Source: a virus (Duplodnaviria; Caudoviricetes). From it: a stretch of DNA of 28,113 nt. The notes beneath the pieces are model-generated. The model made no database searches, was not told the DNA's origin, and saw only the letters and a list, made by a program, of their open reading frames with translations. Positions 9,419-17,425 of the stretch are shown here, piece after piece. A program made the translations under genes and the position numbers. The stretch is from positions 1 through 28,113 of the IMG/VR virus record IMGVR_UViG_3300024308_000054. The stretch is one strand, 5' to 3'. How positions within the stretch are numbered: the first letter of the stretch is position 1; every line of letters begins with the position of its first letter.

Positions 9419-9465
9419 CTGTCTGGTAGTCAATCCTGCAGGCGCAAGATCAACAGGATGGGAAG

Positions 9466-9494
9466 ATCATGTTGCGTTGTTGCAGGCAAGTCAA
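9466..9494 (-). promoter_or_regulatory. pR'-like late promoter
   Basis: TTGACT (9494-9489) - 17 bp - CATGAT (9471-9466); overlaps the stop codon of the Q-like gene. Confidence 0.7.
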
Positions 9495-10027
9495 GCGGCA
9501 TCTTCAAACAGCACACCCTCGGCCCGCAGGATCACCTCAGCCTCCCGCAGCCCAACCTTCACGCACTCGTCCAACGCCTCCTCGATGCCGGCCTTCCAGC
9601 GCCAGTAGGTGCTGCGGTTCAGGCCCTGGTTGTCCCAGAGGTTCATGTTGTAGAACTCGTCCGGCAGCACGATCAGGTCGGTCGAGCGCTTGCCCTGCTT
9701 CCCCTTCAGCTTCGGAATGGCCCAGGCCGTTACCGCCTTCGACAGGAACAGGTGCGGCGCAGGCGTGGCCACGATCGGCACCAGGGCGCTGATCGCCTGC
9801 ACCTTCTTTCCGCGATGCGTGCTGTACCGGGCCACCAGCGCATGCCAGTGCCGCGGCTTCAGCTGGCTGTGCAGGCGGGCATGCACCCAGCAATCGGCCT
9901 GCTGCCGAGTCATGCCCCGCTGGCTGCTCTGCCCACCACTGCCCAGCCAGGTCACCGTGGTGGCCGTGCCCATCGCCTCGGCCGCCAACGCCGCCACCAC
10001 TGCACTCAGAACACTCGGATAGATCAT
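9491..10027 (-). CDS. Late-gene antiterminator (Q-position; AlpA-like)
   Basis: 178 aa; sits immediately before a promoter-terminator-holin arrangement; C-terminal 'GLNRSTYWRW' HTH-like motif. Confidence 0.6.
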   Translation of the reverse strand: MIYPSVLSAVVAALAAEAMGTATTVTWLGSGGQSSQRGMTRQQADCWVHARLHSQLKPRHWHALVARYSTHRGKKVQAISALVPIVATPAPHLFLSKAVTAWAIPKLKGKQGKRSTDLIVLPDEFYNMNLWDNQGLNRSTYWRWKAGIEEALDECVKVGLREAEVILRAEGVLFEDAA

Positions 10028-10108
10028 CGCCTCAACCCTCCCCCGCCTTTTCCTGATCTTCCTCTGGTAGAAATCCCCGAAACGCCCACAAGCCCTGCCG
10101 CTATTGGG

Positions 10109-11104
10109 CTAGGCCGCATCCGAGGAAATTCCGCTTTGTTCGTTTTTCAGGCCATGCGCAGCGGCGAACCCGCGCGCATCCAGCCAGGCATGCCACTGCT
10201 CCAGCGCCTGCCGGCGGAGCTGGTCAGCGGTCGTGCGGATGTAGGTCTTCGCCAGCGTGCCCATCGAGTGGTTCAGCAGCATCTCCCCCACCAGGTAGTC
10301 GATGCCGATCTCGGCCCACACCGTGCGCGCCAGCTTGCGCAGATCGTGGCTCGTCCACTCCCCGCCGCTCAGCTCCTTGATCAGGGCGCTCGCCTGCTTC
10401 GCGCTCAACGGCTTGCCGTTCACCCCCGGGAACACCCACGGGCTGCCCTGCCGCGCCGCCGGCAGCGCCTGCCAGTACCGCGTCAGCAGCGCACACATCT
10501 GCTCGGTGAGCGGCACCACCAGCTCCTCGCCGGTCTTCGTGTTCTGCGCAGGGAAGATCCAGAGCCTGTCGATCAGGCTGATGTGCTGCCGGCGCGCCAG
10601 GCATGTCTCGCCGATGCGGTTGCCCTGCGCCAGCATCGTCAACACCAGCATCACCACCACCGGCTGCCGGTCGAAGGCCTCGCACAGCTTCGGCAACAGC
10701 GTCGACACCGCCACCGGCAAAAGCCCGGCCGGCTTCGGCTGCAGCTTGCCGGACCAGAAGTCCTTGAAGCTCACCCCCGCCAGCGGGTTGCGCTCGATGC
10801 GCTTCTGCCTGGCCGCCAGCTCCAGCGCCGCCAGCAGCACCTGCAGGGCCTTGTGCGCGGTGTGCGGGGAAAGCCCCTCGGCCTGCATCGGCCACACCAG
10901 CTGGTCGTCCACCGTCGCGCGGTCCAGCTGCTTCAGCGTCACCTTGCCCAGCCGCGGCGCCACCTGCCGGCGTGCCAGGCTCTGCATCGTCGCCTTGTAG
11001 CTCGCACTCACCGAGCGGTTCACCTCCAACCGCTCACACCACCAACCCACCACCTGCCCCACAGTGCGCAGCACCTGGGCGCCCTGCCGGCGCTCACCAG
11101 CCAT
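10109..11104 (-). CDS. Second tyrosine recombinase (integrase-like) in the nin-equivalent region
   Basis: 331 aa; catalytic set GNRIGE (R), NTKT (K), HDLRK (H,R), LNH (H), KTY (Y); core-binding domain present. Confidence 0.85.
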   Translation of the reverse strand: MAGERRQGAQVLRTVGQVVGWWCERLEVNRSVSASYKATMQSLARRQVAPRLGKVTLKQLDRATVDDQLVWPMQAEGLSPHTAHKALQVLLAALELAARQKRIERNPLAGVSFKDFWSGKLQPKPAGLLPVAVSTLLPKLCEAFDRQPVVVMLVLTMLAQGNRIGETCLARRQHISLIDRLWIFPAQNTKTGEELVVPLTEQMCALLTRYWQALPAARQGSPWVFPGVNGKPLSAKQASALIKELSGGEWTSHDLRKLARTVWAEIGIDYLVGEMLLNHSMGTLAKTYIRTTADQLRRQALEQWHAWLDARGFAAAHGLKNEQSGISSDAA

Positions 11105-11459
11105 ACGCAACCCGCTCCGCCTCGGTCGCCAGCGAACGCTCAGCCGCTGCCAGCACCAGGTTGCGGCGCACGTAGGCCGGGATCAGCTCCACCTGGTTGA
11201 ACGCCGCATGCGCACGCCGCAGGATCAGCCCCACCGGCATGTCCGGCAGCCTGCACGGCAGCAGGAAGGCGTCCGCATCGCTGTCCAGCGGGCCGAACAC
11301 CGCGCGCGGCCAGCGGCCGCTCACCACCTCGAACTGCTGCAGGTCCTCGCGCCAGGCCACCACCAGCCCAAGCGCCTTGGCGGCCATCTGCTCCAGCTCG
11401 CCATTGCCGAGCAAAGCCACCCGCTGCCCGTACTGCAAATCGAACCCCGACCTAACCAC
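11094..11459 (-). CDS. Hypothetical phage protein
   Basis: Probable GTG start with GGAGG RBS overlapping the previous stop; 'LEQMAAKALG...PLDSDADAFLL'. Confidence 0.55.
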   Translation of the reverse strand: MVRSGFDLQYGQRVALLGNGELEQMAAKALGLVVAWREDLQQFEVVSGRWPRAVFGPLDSDADAFLLPCRLPDMPVGLILRRAHAAFNQVELIPAYVRRNLVLAAAERSLATEAERVAYGW

Positions 11460-11718
11460 GCACCACCTCCAGCTCGTCACGGATCAACTCATCCACAGCA
11501 GCATCCAACTCAGCCCCATACACACCAAGGCCGTTCGGCAATCCCGCCTCCCGAAAGGCGCGCCAGCGAGCTGCGTCCAACCTCATACCGACCTCGGCCT
11601 CAAGCTCAGCCTTCTGCCTTAGCGCGCGTTCCATCCGGTACTCGCACGGCTCAACCAGATACTGAGCAACACGGCGGTCATCGCCGCAGTCATTCAGGCA
11701 GTCGCAGCGCTCAACCAC
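11452..11718 (-). CDS. Hypothetical phage protein (Cys-rich N-terminus, DAARWR motif)
   Basis: 88 aa; overlaps both neighbours in operon fashion. Confidence 0.55.
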   Translation of the reverse strand: MVERCDCLNDCGDDRRVAQYLVEPCEYRMERALRQKAELEAEVGMRLDAARWRAFREAGLPNGLGVYGAELDAAVDELIRDELEVVRG

Positions 11719-12400
11719 GCCTCACCCCCAGTTTTTCGCGTATGCCGGCAAGGGCCTGGCTGGCAACTGCAGGCGACCCCTTACGCAGCGGCGCAGGCAA
11801 GGCAGCGATCGGCGCTGGCGGCAGCTCCTCGCCGCGCCCAAGACGGCGGCACTGCTCCAGGTACTTGCGGCGGAAAAGCTCCATGCCTGCCTTCCGCTCC
11901 AGGCGCTGCAGGTTCAGATACCCTGCGGCAACGGCAGCGTGATAGATCGCGGCATGCAGCCAGCGGGCGCAGCCGGCTTGGGCGGGGTGGGTGTTGCGCA
12001 TAGCAACTCGATAGGCCTTCTCCACGTCAGGCAGGCCGAAGGCCTCCGGCGAAAAGCACCAGTCCACAAACACGCCAGGAGCCGGCACGAAAGCACTGCG
12101 GTCGCGGGCCGCCTGCCGCAACCCAGCTTGGATCTGGTCCAGCGAGCGGATGCCGGCCCGCATGAATTCGGCCAACCACTCACGCTTCGCCGTGTTCAGC
12201 TCGGCCTGGGTCGGCCAAGCCTGCTTCCAAGCCGGGAAGTGAGCCTTGAGTCGTTCGAAAATCTCATCGACCACCGAGCGGGTCTGGTCGTCCACCTGCA
12301 CCACCTGCGGTGCGGGGCGCTGAATGCTCGGCAGGTTGTCGGGGTTGATGCCCTTCGCCACATCGGCGGCGTCCTTCGGCGGCTTGCGCTCGTCGCTCAC
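11711..12400 (-). CDS. Replication protein P-like (helicase loader)
   Basis: 229 aa; 'FPAWKQAWP...AKREWLAEF...QIQAGL...FVPAPGVFVDWC' lambda-P-family motif. Confidence 0.85.
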   Translation of the reverse strand: MSDERKPPKDAADVAKGINPDNLPSIQRPAPQVVQVDDQTRSVVDEIFERLKAHFPAWKQAWPTQAELNTAKREWLAEFMRAGIRSLDQIQAGLRQAARDRSAFVPAPGVFVDWCFSPEAFGLPDVEKAYRVAMRNTHPAQAGCARWLHAAIYHAAVAAGYLNLQRLERKAGMELFRRKYLEQCRRLGRGEELPPAPIAALPAPLRKGSPAVASQALAGIREKLGVRRG

Positions 12401-13224
12401 AGCATCACCCCCTGGCCTGCCCAGTCATCGGTCTGCTGATCGAGAGGCTTGCCGGCGGCCTGAGCGGCTTCAGCTCGCACACCGCAAGCCTTCACCCACT
12501 TCACCAGCCTGTGGCACCAGCCGCCCTGGTTGTCTGCCAGATCCTTGGTCATCCAGAACGACACGAACTCGCTCACCAGCTCGGCGGTCAGCCCCTCAGA
12601 GGCCACCCCCTGCATGCGCAGCTGGGCGCTCAGGTTCACCTCGTCCGGCTGCCACTGCGCGAACATCTCGAACCGCTTCCGGGCGTCTACGGAGGTAGCG
12701 TTAGCTACCGTAGTAGAAGATGAAGATGAAGAAGAAGATGTAGAGCCGTCACCTTGCCGCTGGATTGGTGCTTCACCTTTGCCAGCACCTAACCCCACCT
12801 TTGGTGAAGGTTTTTTCGGGTTCTGGTCCTCACTAAAGCGGGTGTTTTCGCCACGCACGGTGCGCACATATTCATCACGCGCCATGCGCGGGCTAAACCA
12901 CACCGGGCCTTGCTGCGCGGGCACCAGCACCACCGGAGCACCATCGCGGCGACCACTACGCGGGGTGTACACAAACGGCTCGCACTCGCCCTTTTCCGCG
13001 CCATACAAAACGCCGCACTCAACAAGCTCATTCAGCAGCTTCAAAGGGCAGCCCAAAGCCTGGGCAATTTGCTTCAAAGGCCAGCGCAAAACACCATATT
13101 CGTCGCTGTCATGCATCAGCCCCATCAGCTCAATCCACACGCCGCGTGCCCCCCAAGAGCAGCGCCGCAGCTTCGCGTTGTTGCGCCAGTCAGCGGGGTA
13201 GAATTGGAAGGATGGCCGCTTCAC
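12397..13224 (-). CDS. Replication initiator (O-like) with C-terminal DnaT-like domain
   Basis: 275 aa; MKRPSFQFYPADW N-terminus, low-complexity/poly-Ser linker, 'FEMFAQWQP...EFVSFW...WCHRLVKW' C-terminus; upstream of P. Confidence 0.8.
   Translation of the reverse strand: MKRPSFQFYPADWRNNAKLRRCSWGARGVWIELMGLMHDSDEYGVLRWPLKQIAQALGCPLKLLNELVECGVLYGAEKGECEPFVYTPRSGRRDGAPVVLVPAQQGPVWFSPRMARDEYVRTVRGENTRFSEDQNPKKPSPKVGLGAGKGEAPIQRQGDGSTSSSSSSSSTTVANATSVDARKRFEMFAQWQPDEVNLSAQLRMQGVASEGLTAELVSEFVSFWMTKDLADNQGGWCHRLVKWVKACGVRAEAAQAAGKPLDQQTDDWAGQGVML
12715..12812. repeat. Candidate replication origin iterons inside the O-like gene
   Basis: CACCT(T/A) at 12750, 12774, 12786 and 12796; TTGGTG at 12765 and 12801; next to a purine-skewed (GAA/GAT)n tract. 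Confidence 0.45.
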
Positions 13225-13907
13225 AGGGCACCTCCAATGCGCTGCGCCAGCACCGCCAGGCCCTTAGGCGTCACGCGCACCTGGCTGGCCAAGCGCTGCT
13301 CACCGCCCTCATCCAGGCCGATCAGCGTCACCTTGTGATCCAGCAGGCCGGCCGCCTGGCGCGGCTGGTAAGCCAGCCAGCGGGCGCAGCCTTCACGCCG
13401 GTATATCCAGCGATTCAGGCGCATCCACTCGATCAGCCGGCTGCGCTGCACGCCAAGGTGCTTGGCCGCATCGGTCAGGCACATCGAGCCACTGGCATCG
13501 GCAATGCGCTCCAGCGCCTCCACCTTCGGCGCTTGCTCGTTCACCACCAGCCGCAGCTGGTTGTTCTGCTCCGCCAAGTCGGCCGCCAGGCGCAGGGCCT
13601 CCGGCAGAGTGCGGGGTATCTCGGGCCCGGCGCTCTCCAGCTCAATCCAGCGGTCTACCACTGCAGCCAGCAACTGGTCGTTCAGCTTGGCCGCAATCAC
13701 CATGCTGTTGCGCTTGTCGAAGTGCATCACCAGCCGCGGCCGGCCGCCGAGGGGGTTATGGGAAGATTCCTCCCGAAACTCCAACAGCCCGCGCCCGGCC
13801 AGCGCATTGGCCTTCTTGCGGAACTCGTTGTGCTCGATTTGCAGCAGCTCGGCCAGCTGCTCACTGGTCATGGTGAGCGCCTTGTTGGTCATCATCAGTT
13901 GGTTCAT
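13221..13907 (-). CDS. Antirepressor-like protein (Rha-like N-terminus + KilAC domain)
   Basis: 228 aa; TMTSEQLAEL...VVDRWIELE; PRTLPEALRLAADLAEQ; APKVE...LTDAAKHL...VTPKGL. Confidence 0.85.
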   Translation of the reverse strand: MNQLMMTNKALTMTSEQLAELLQIEHNEFRKKANALAGRGLLEFREESSHNPLGGRPRLVMHFDKRNSMVIAAKLNDQLLAAVVDRWIELESAGPEIPRTLPEALRLAADLAEQNNQLRLVVNEQAPKVEALERIADASGSMCLTDAAKHLGVQRSRLIEWMRLNRWIYRREGCARWLAYQPRQAAGLLDHKVTLIGLDEGGEQRLASQVRVTPKGLAVLAQRIGGAL

Positions 13908-13942
13908 ACTCAGCGCACCTCGTATAGGTAATGCTGTTGAAG

Positions 13943-13968
13943 AAGCCCGGCTGCCACCGGGCTTTTTT
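13943..13968 (+). terminator. Intrinsic terminator, strongest on the + strand (antisense to the pR operon); probably bidirectional
   Basis: AAGCCCGG-CTGCCA-CCGGGCTT-TTTT. Confidence 0.7.
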
Positions 13969-13979
13969 GTGCCTGCGAA

Positions 13980-14597
13980 TCAGCCAGCCACCACACGCAG
14001 CGGCCCTCCATCGCGCACGTTCTCGGCAAACCGGCGCAGCTCGCAGGCCCGGCTCTCCACTGCCAACAGCTGCTCGATCAGCGCCGGCAGCAGCGGCAGG
14101 TCCTGCAGATCAATCTGCCCGTCAGCCAGCACCTCGCTGCCCTGCTCCACCGCATGCCCAAGTCGGGCGATCAGTTGGCCGAACACCTTGGACGCAGTCA
14201 CCCCTGCGCCATCCTGCGGCCGCACCGCCAGCAACCCGTGCCGCTGCGCCAGCTCAGCAAGGCAGCGCTCCCTGTACTCCGGCTCCAGCGCCTGCACCCA
14301 GGCCTCCTCCAGCCAGCTCGGCAAATCCACCTCTCCATCCAGCCAGCGCTGCACCCGCTTCAGCCAAGCGGCGGAGGCTCTCAGGAAAGGCGTGGAATCG
14401 CCGGCGGCCGCCAGCGCGGCAAAGTCCGGCACGCCCGCATCGGCAGCCCGCATCGGCGCCAGGGCCTGCAGCTGGCCGGCCAGCGCCTCCGCAAAACGCG
14501 GCGTGCTGAACGAGGTACGCGCGATCATCTCGGCGGCATGCGCCACCAGCACCTGGTCGCGGGTCATGGAGGGGTGTCGAAGGTTGGACGGTTTCAT
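13980..14597 (-). CDS. CII-position regulator (CII/YmfL-like)
   Basis: 205 aa between cro and ant/O; AGGAG RBS; C-terminal 'VLADGQID' motif common in CII-like proteins. Confidence 0.6.
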   Translation of the reverse strand: MKPSNLRHPSMTRDQVLVAHAAEMIARTSFSTPRFAEALAGQLQALAPMRAADAGVPDFAALAAAGDSTPFLRASAAWLKRVQRWLDGEVDLPSWLEEAWVQALEPEYRERCLAELAQRHGLLAVRPQDGAGVTASKVFGQLIARLGHAVEQGSEVLADGQIDLQDLPLLPALIEQLLAVESRACELRRFAENVRDGGPLRVVAG

Positions 14598-14734
14598 GCT
14601 CTGCTCCTGTCGTTATCGTGGAGGCATGGACACACCCGCCCCCTTCTTCTTGCTCTACCGCCGCGCCGGCAACTGGCCCGCGCGCCCGGCTGTAAAGGTC
14701 GGAACCCCGCCGCCTCGGCTTGTCCCTCTGGTTG

Positions 14735-14770
14735 CGCGCCACGTTTCAGCTCGCGCCAAAACGTGGCGCG
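14735..14770. terminator. tR1-position hairpin after cro
   Basis: Perfect 12-bp stem CGCGCCACGTTT / AAACGTGGCGCG, 3 nt after the cro stop; no U-tract. Confidence 0.5.
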
Positions 14771-14773
14771 GGG

Positions 14774-14980
14774 TTATGCGGCGCTGGGTTGCTTGGCTGG
14801 TTGCGATGGGAACGGCCGAACTTCCTCCGCAGTGAGGGTGCCGTCGTCGTGTTCAGTGACGTTGATGGCGCGCTCTGCGAGGAGAGCTTTTGCAATGGCT
14901 GGAGGGCTCACTCCGAGAGCCTTTGCCACTGCAGCTTGGCCGCGCGCATCAACTAGCTCGGACAAGGGGGTCTTCTTCAT
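14774..14980 (-). CDS. cro: Cro repressor
   Basis: 68 aa; GQAAVAKALGVSPPAIAKA HTH; C-terminal AEEVRPFPS matches lambda Cro AEEVKPFPS. Confidence 0.92.
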   Translation of the reverse strand: MKKTPLSELVDARGQAAVAKALGVSPPAIAKALLAERAINVTEHDDGTLTAEEVRPFPSQPAKQPSAA

Positions 14981-15009
14981 CTCATGGCCTCAATGGTGAA
15001 TCCATGCCG

Positions 15010-15038
15010 AAGATATTAACCGGCGGTTACCCAAACAA
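15010..15038 (-). promoter_or_regulatory. pR promoter
   Basis: TTGTTT - 17 bp (contains OR1) - TATCTT. Confidence 0.7.
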
Positions 15039-15078
15039 CAACACCGGCGGTTGACGCACATCCATTAACCGTCGGTTT
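15017..15078. promoter_or_regulatory. OR1/OR2/OR3 operators
   Basis: 13-bp palindromes TAACCGGCGGTTA (15017), ACACCGGCGGTTG (15041) and TAACCGTCGGTTT (15066), spaced 24-25 bp. Confidence 0.88.
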
Positions 15079-15083
15079 ACATT
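15055..15083 (+). promoter_or_regulatory. pRM-like promoter (probably leaderless cI mRNA)
   Basis: Weak -35 CGCACA next to OR2, 17 bp containing OR3, -10 TACATT; ATG follows after 7 nt with no SD. Confidence 0.6.
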
Positions 15084-15090
15084 GGCACCC

Positions 15091-15984
15091 ATGACCAAGA
15101 AGAAAGAACTTTCACCCGAGCTGAAAGCCGAGTGCGACGCGGCCAAGGCCCTCTTCATCGCTCGGAAGAATGCATTAGGGCTCACCCAGGCAAAGCTGGC
15201 AGAGGCCGCAGAGATGTCTCCGGCCGGCGTCGCCATGTATCTGAACGGCGTGAATCCTCTAAATGCAAAGTTCGCAGCCGTCCTTTCTCGGCTGATCGGG
15301 GAGCCTGTAGGTAAATTCAGCCCTCGTCTCGCGCAGGAGATTGAGACGATCTCGGGGGCTGTTATTCAGGAAAAGCAGTACGGCCAGAGCACTGCAAAGG
15401 AGTCAGCGGCTGCTCAGGTAATGATGATGCTGCAGAAGCATGGAAAGGCCCTTACCGGACAGGCGCAAGAGCGTTTGCTTCAAGCCGTTACGGACAGTTT
15501 GGCAGAGTCGAAAACCGGCAACGTCATCGCCGCCGACTTCTCCGGTTCGCGCCTCAAGCCGGACGAGATCCTGATCCCCCAGTACGACGTGCGCGGCTCA
15601 ATGGGCCACGGCCAGGTGCCGGCCGACTACACCGACTTCATGCGCAACGTGGTGGTCAGCGCGCCGCAGCTGGAGAAGCTGGGCCTGGACTACACCTCGC
15701 CAGCCAACCTGGCGATCATCAGCGGCTGGGGTCAGTCCATGGCGCCCACCATCCAGGACAAAGACCCGGTCATCGTCGACCGCGGCGTCACCGACTTTAT
15801 CGGCGACGGCGTCTACGTCATCACCTGGGACGGCATGCTCTACATCAAGCGCCTGCAGAGCGCCGGCGACGGCAAGCTGGAGCTGATCTCCGACAACCCC
15901 AAACACAAGGACCGCGTCGTCAATACCGACGAGGTCGCCATTCATGCCAGGGTCTTGCTGGTGTGGAACGCCCAGAAGCTATAG
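15091..15984 (+). CDS. cI: CI-like repressor (HTH + S24 autopeptidase)
   Basis: 297 aa; LTQAKLAEAAEMSPAGVAMYLNG HTH; DVRGSMGHG cleavage-loop motif; GQSMAP (Ser) and YIKRL (Lys). Confidence 0.93.
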   Translation: MTKKKELSPELKAECDAAKALFIARKNALGLTQAKLAEAAEMSPAGVAMYLNGVNPLNAKFAAVLSRLIGEPVGKFSPRLAQEIETISGAVIQEKQYGQSTAKESAAAQVMMMLQKHGKALTGQAQERLLQAVTDSLAESKTGNVIAADFSGSRLKPDEILIPQYDVRGSMGHGQVPADYTDFMRNVVVSAPQLEKLGLDYTSPANLAIISGWGQSMAPTIQDKDPVIVDRGVTDFIGDGVYVITWDGMLYIKRLQSAGDGKLELISDNPKHKDRVVNTDEVAIHARVLLVWNAQKL

Positions 15985-16031
15985 AGCTGAGTGGTGGGTC
16001 ATGCATCCAAGGCCTTCAAGGAGAGGCTCGT

Positions 16032-17126
16032 ATGAAGCGATTGAGCGAAAAGGGACGACTAAGGCTCATCCGCACATCACGCAACCGACTGAACGAACGC
16101 CTGCGCCATCGGCCAGTCAAGAAAAGGGTCACCTCAAGTAACACGAAAAAGCCTAGGCCCTTGGAACTGTTTGCTCCTGAAAAGCTGGCCCTGCTGAGTC
16201 CACAGTGTCACCTAGAGATGGCACGCTTTCTGAGGAACCTCCGGAAGGAAGCCCTTCGAAACAAGAAGCTAATCATCAACTTCAAGCGGACCAAAAAAGT
16301 CCATAGCTGCGGAACCCTGCTCCTGGTAGCTGAGGTTGATCGTCTTGTGAGAAGCCTGCATGGGCGATGTGACCTGACGTGCACCTATCCAAAGGATGAG
16401 AACGTTGAGAAGGTATTTCAGCAGATTGGCCTACTGCGGCTTCTCCAAAAGGATCACCGCCTGGAGGTAACGGAGGCTGACCGAGATGTCTACCACTGGC
16501 GATTTGCTACAGGGATAGAGGTTGATCCGATCCAAGCTGACCCAATATTGAAGGGCATTAAGAAGCAGATCCCGAGCTCGTTCAGAAAAATTGTTGTAGG
16601 CGTTGAAGAGGCGATGGACAACTCGATCCACCACGCCTACATCGAAGCCCGAGGGGACCGTCTTAGCGGCATCGCCGAAGCTGATGCCAGGAGGTGGTGG
16701 ATGTTTGCCGAGGTCCTGGACGATTGGTTGCATGTCAACTTCTGTGACCTCGGTATAGGCATCCCTAGGAGCCTGCCGCGTAGCTGGTCTGAGGAAGCTG
16801 GTGACCTAGTTACCCTTGCTGTCTCCAAGGGCAAGAAAGACATGCGTATGGTTCGTAGGGCTTTCGAAATCGGAAGAACAAGAACTGAACAGGACCATCG
16901 AGGCAAGGGTCTCAGAAATATTGCCGCCGCAGCGATGGATCTGGGCGGTTTGTTAACGGTGCACAGCAACGCCGGTGGCATTCGTTTCGACTATCGGGAG
17001 GATAGTACTGATGCCCGCGAACTGAGCTATAAACGCTCTATAATGGGCACCGTCGTGCAATGGTCTATACCCCTTTCCGTTTCGCAGGTAGCAGAAAATG
17101 AGCGTGGCACGCCTAGTAGTCACTGA
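16032..17126 (+). CDS. STAS-like + GHKL (HATPase_c) protein, RsbW/SpoIIAB-like Ser kinase
   Basis: 364 aa from ATG 16032 with AGGAG RBS; N-box EEAMDNSIHHA, G1 DLGIGI, G2 RGKGL, G3 GTVV; STAS-like LIINFKRTKKVHSCGTLLL; no obvious H-box. Confidence 0.8.
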   Translation: MKRLSEKGRLRLIRTSRNRLNERLRHRPVKKRVTSSNTKKPRPLELFAPEKLALLSPQCHLEMARFLRNLRKEALRNKKLIINFKRTKKVHSCGTLLLVAEVDRLVRSLHGRCDLTCTYPKDENVEKVFQQIGLLRLLQKDHRLEVTEADRDVYHWRFATGIEVDPIQADPILKGIKKQIPSSFRKIVVGVEEAMDNSIHHAYIEARGDRLSGIAEADARRWWMFAEVLDDWLHVNFCDLGIGIPRSLPRSWSEEAGDLVTLAVSKGKKDMRMVRRAFEIGRTRTEQDHRGKGLRNIAAAAMDLGGLLTVHSNAGGIRFDYREDSTDARELSYKRSIMGTVVQWSIPLSVSQVAENERGTPSSH

Positions 17127-17421
17127 ACGGTTCAGCGAATACCCAGCGGGTAGGTACCGTGCTGACGGCAACTTTTCCGGCGAGGTCTTCCGAGAAGACC
17201 TTTTGATTCCGCTATTGCAGCAGCATGACCTGGTTGAGATAGATCTGGATGGGGCAATGGGTTATGGATCCTCATTCTTGGAAGAGGCCTTCGGTGGCTT
17301 GGTCAGAAATCGTCGCTTTTCCTCTCAGCAGTTGCACCAAAAGCTGCGTTTCATCTCGAATGAGGAACCGAGCTTGATTGACGAGATTTGGCTTCACATC
17401 GATCGTGCTCGGGCCTCCTAA
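17098..17421 (+). CDS. STAS-like protein (DUF4325 type)
   Basis: 107 aa; 'SGEVFRE...VEIDLDGAMGYGSSFLEEAFGGLV' signature. Confidence 0.85.
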   Translation: MSVARLVVTERFSEYPAGRYRADGNFSGEVFREDLLIPLLQQHDLVEIDLDGAMGYGSSFLEEAFGGLVRNRRFSSQQLHQKLRFISNEEPSLIDEIWLHIDRARAS

Positions 17422-17425
17422 ATTT

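Noticed and set aside
9281-11200. 639-aa + strand ORF
   Set aside because: Antisense to the Q-like and recombinase genes; low-complexity Arg/His/Gln-rich translation
12714-12740. (GAA/GAT)n tract as a microsatellite or phase-variation site
   Set aside because: Imperfect, in-frame and encodes the poly-Ser linker typical of phage initiators
14690-14702. Minus-strand CGACCTTTACA as a nutR boxA
   Set aside because: Too divergent from CGCTCTTTAACA to support
13462-14835. 457-aa + strand ORF
   Set aside because: Ser/Ala-rich shadow of the ant and cII-like genes; only its last 69 codons are mentioned, speculatively, as a finding
15963-16031. GTG start for the kinase inside cI
   Set aside because: ATG 16032 has a clear AGGAG/GAGG RBS and avoids the overlap
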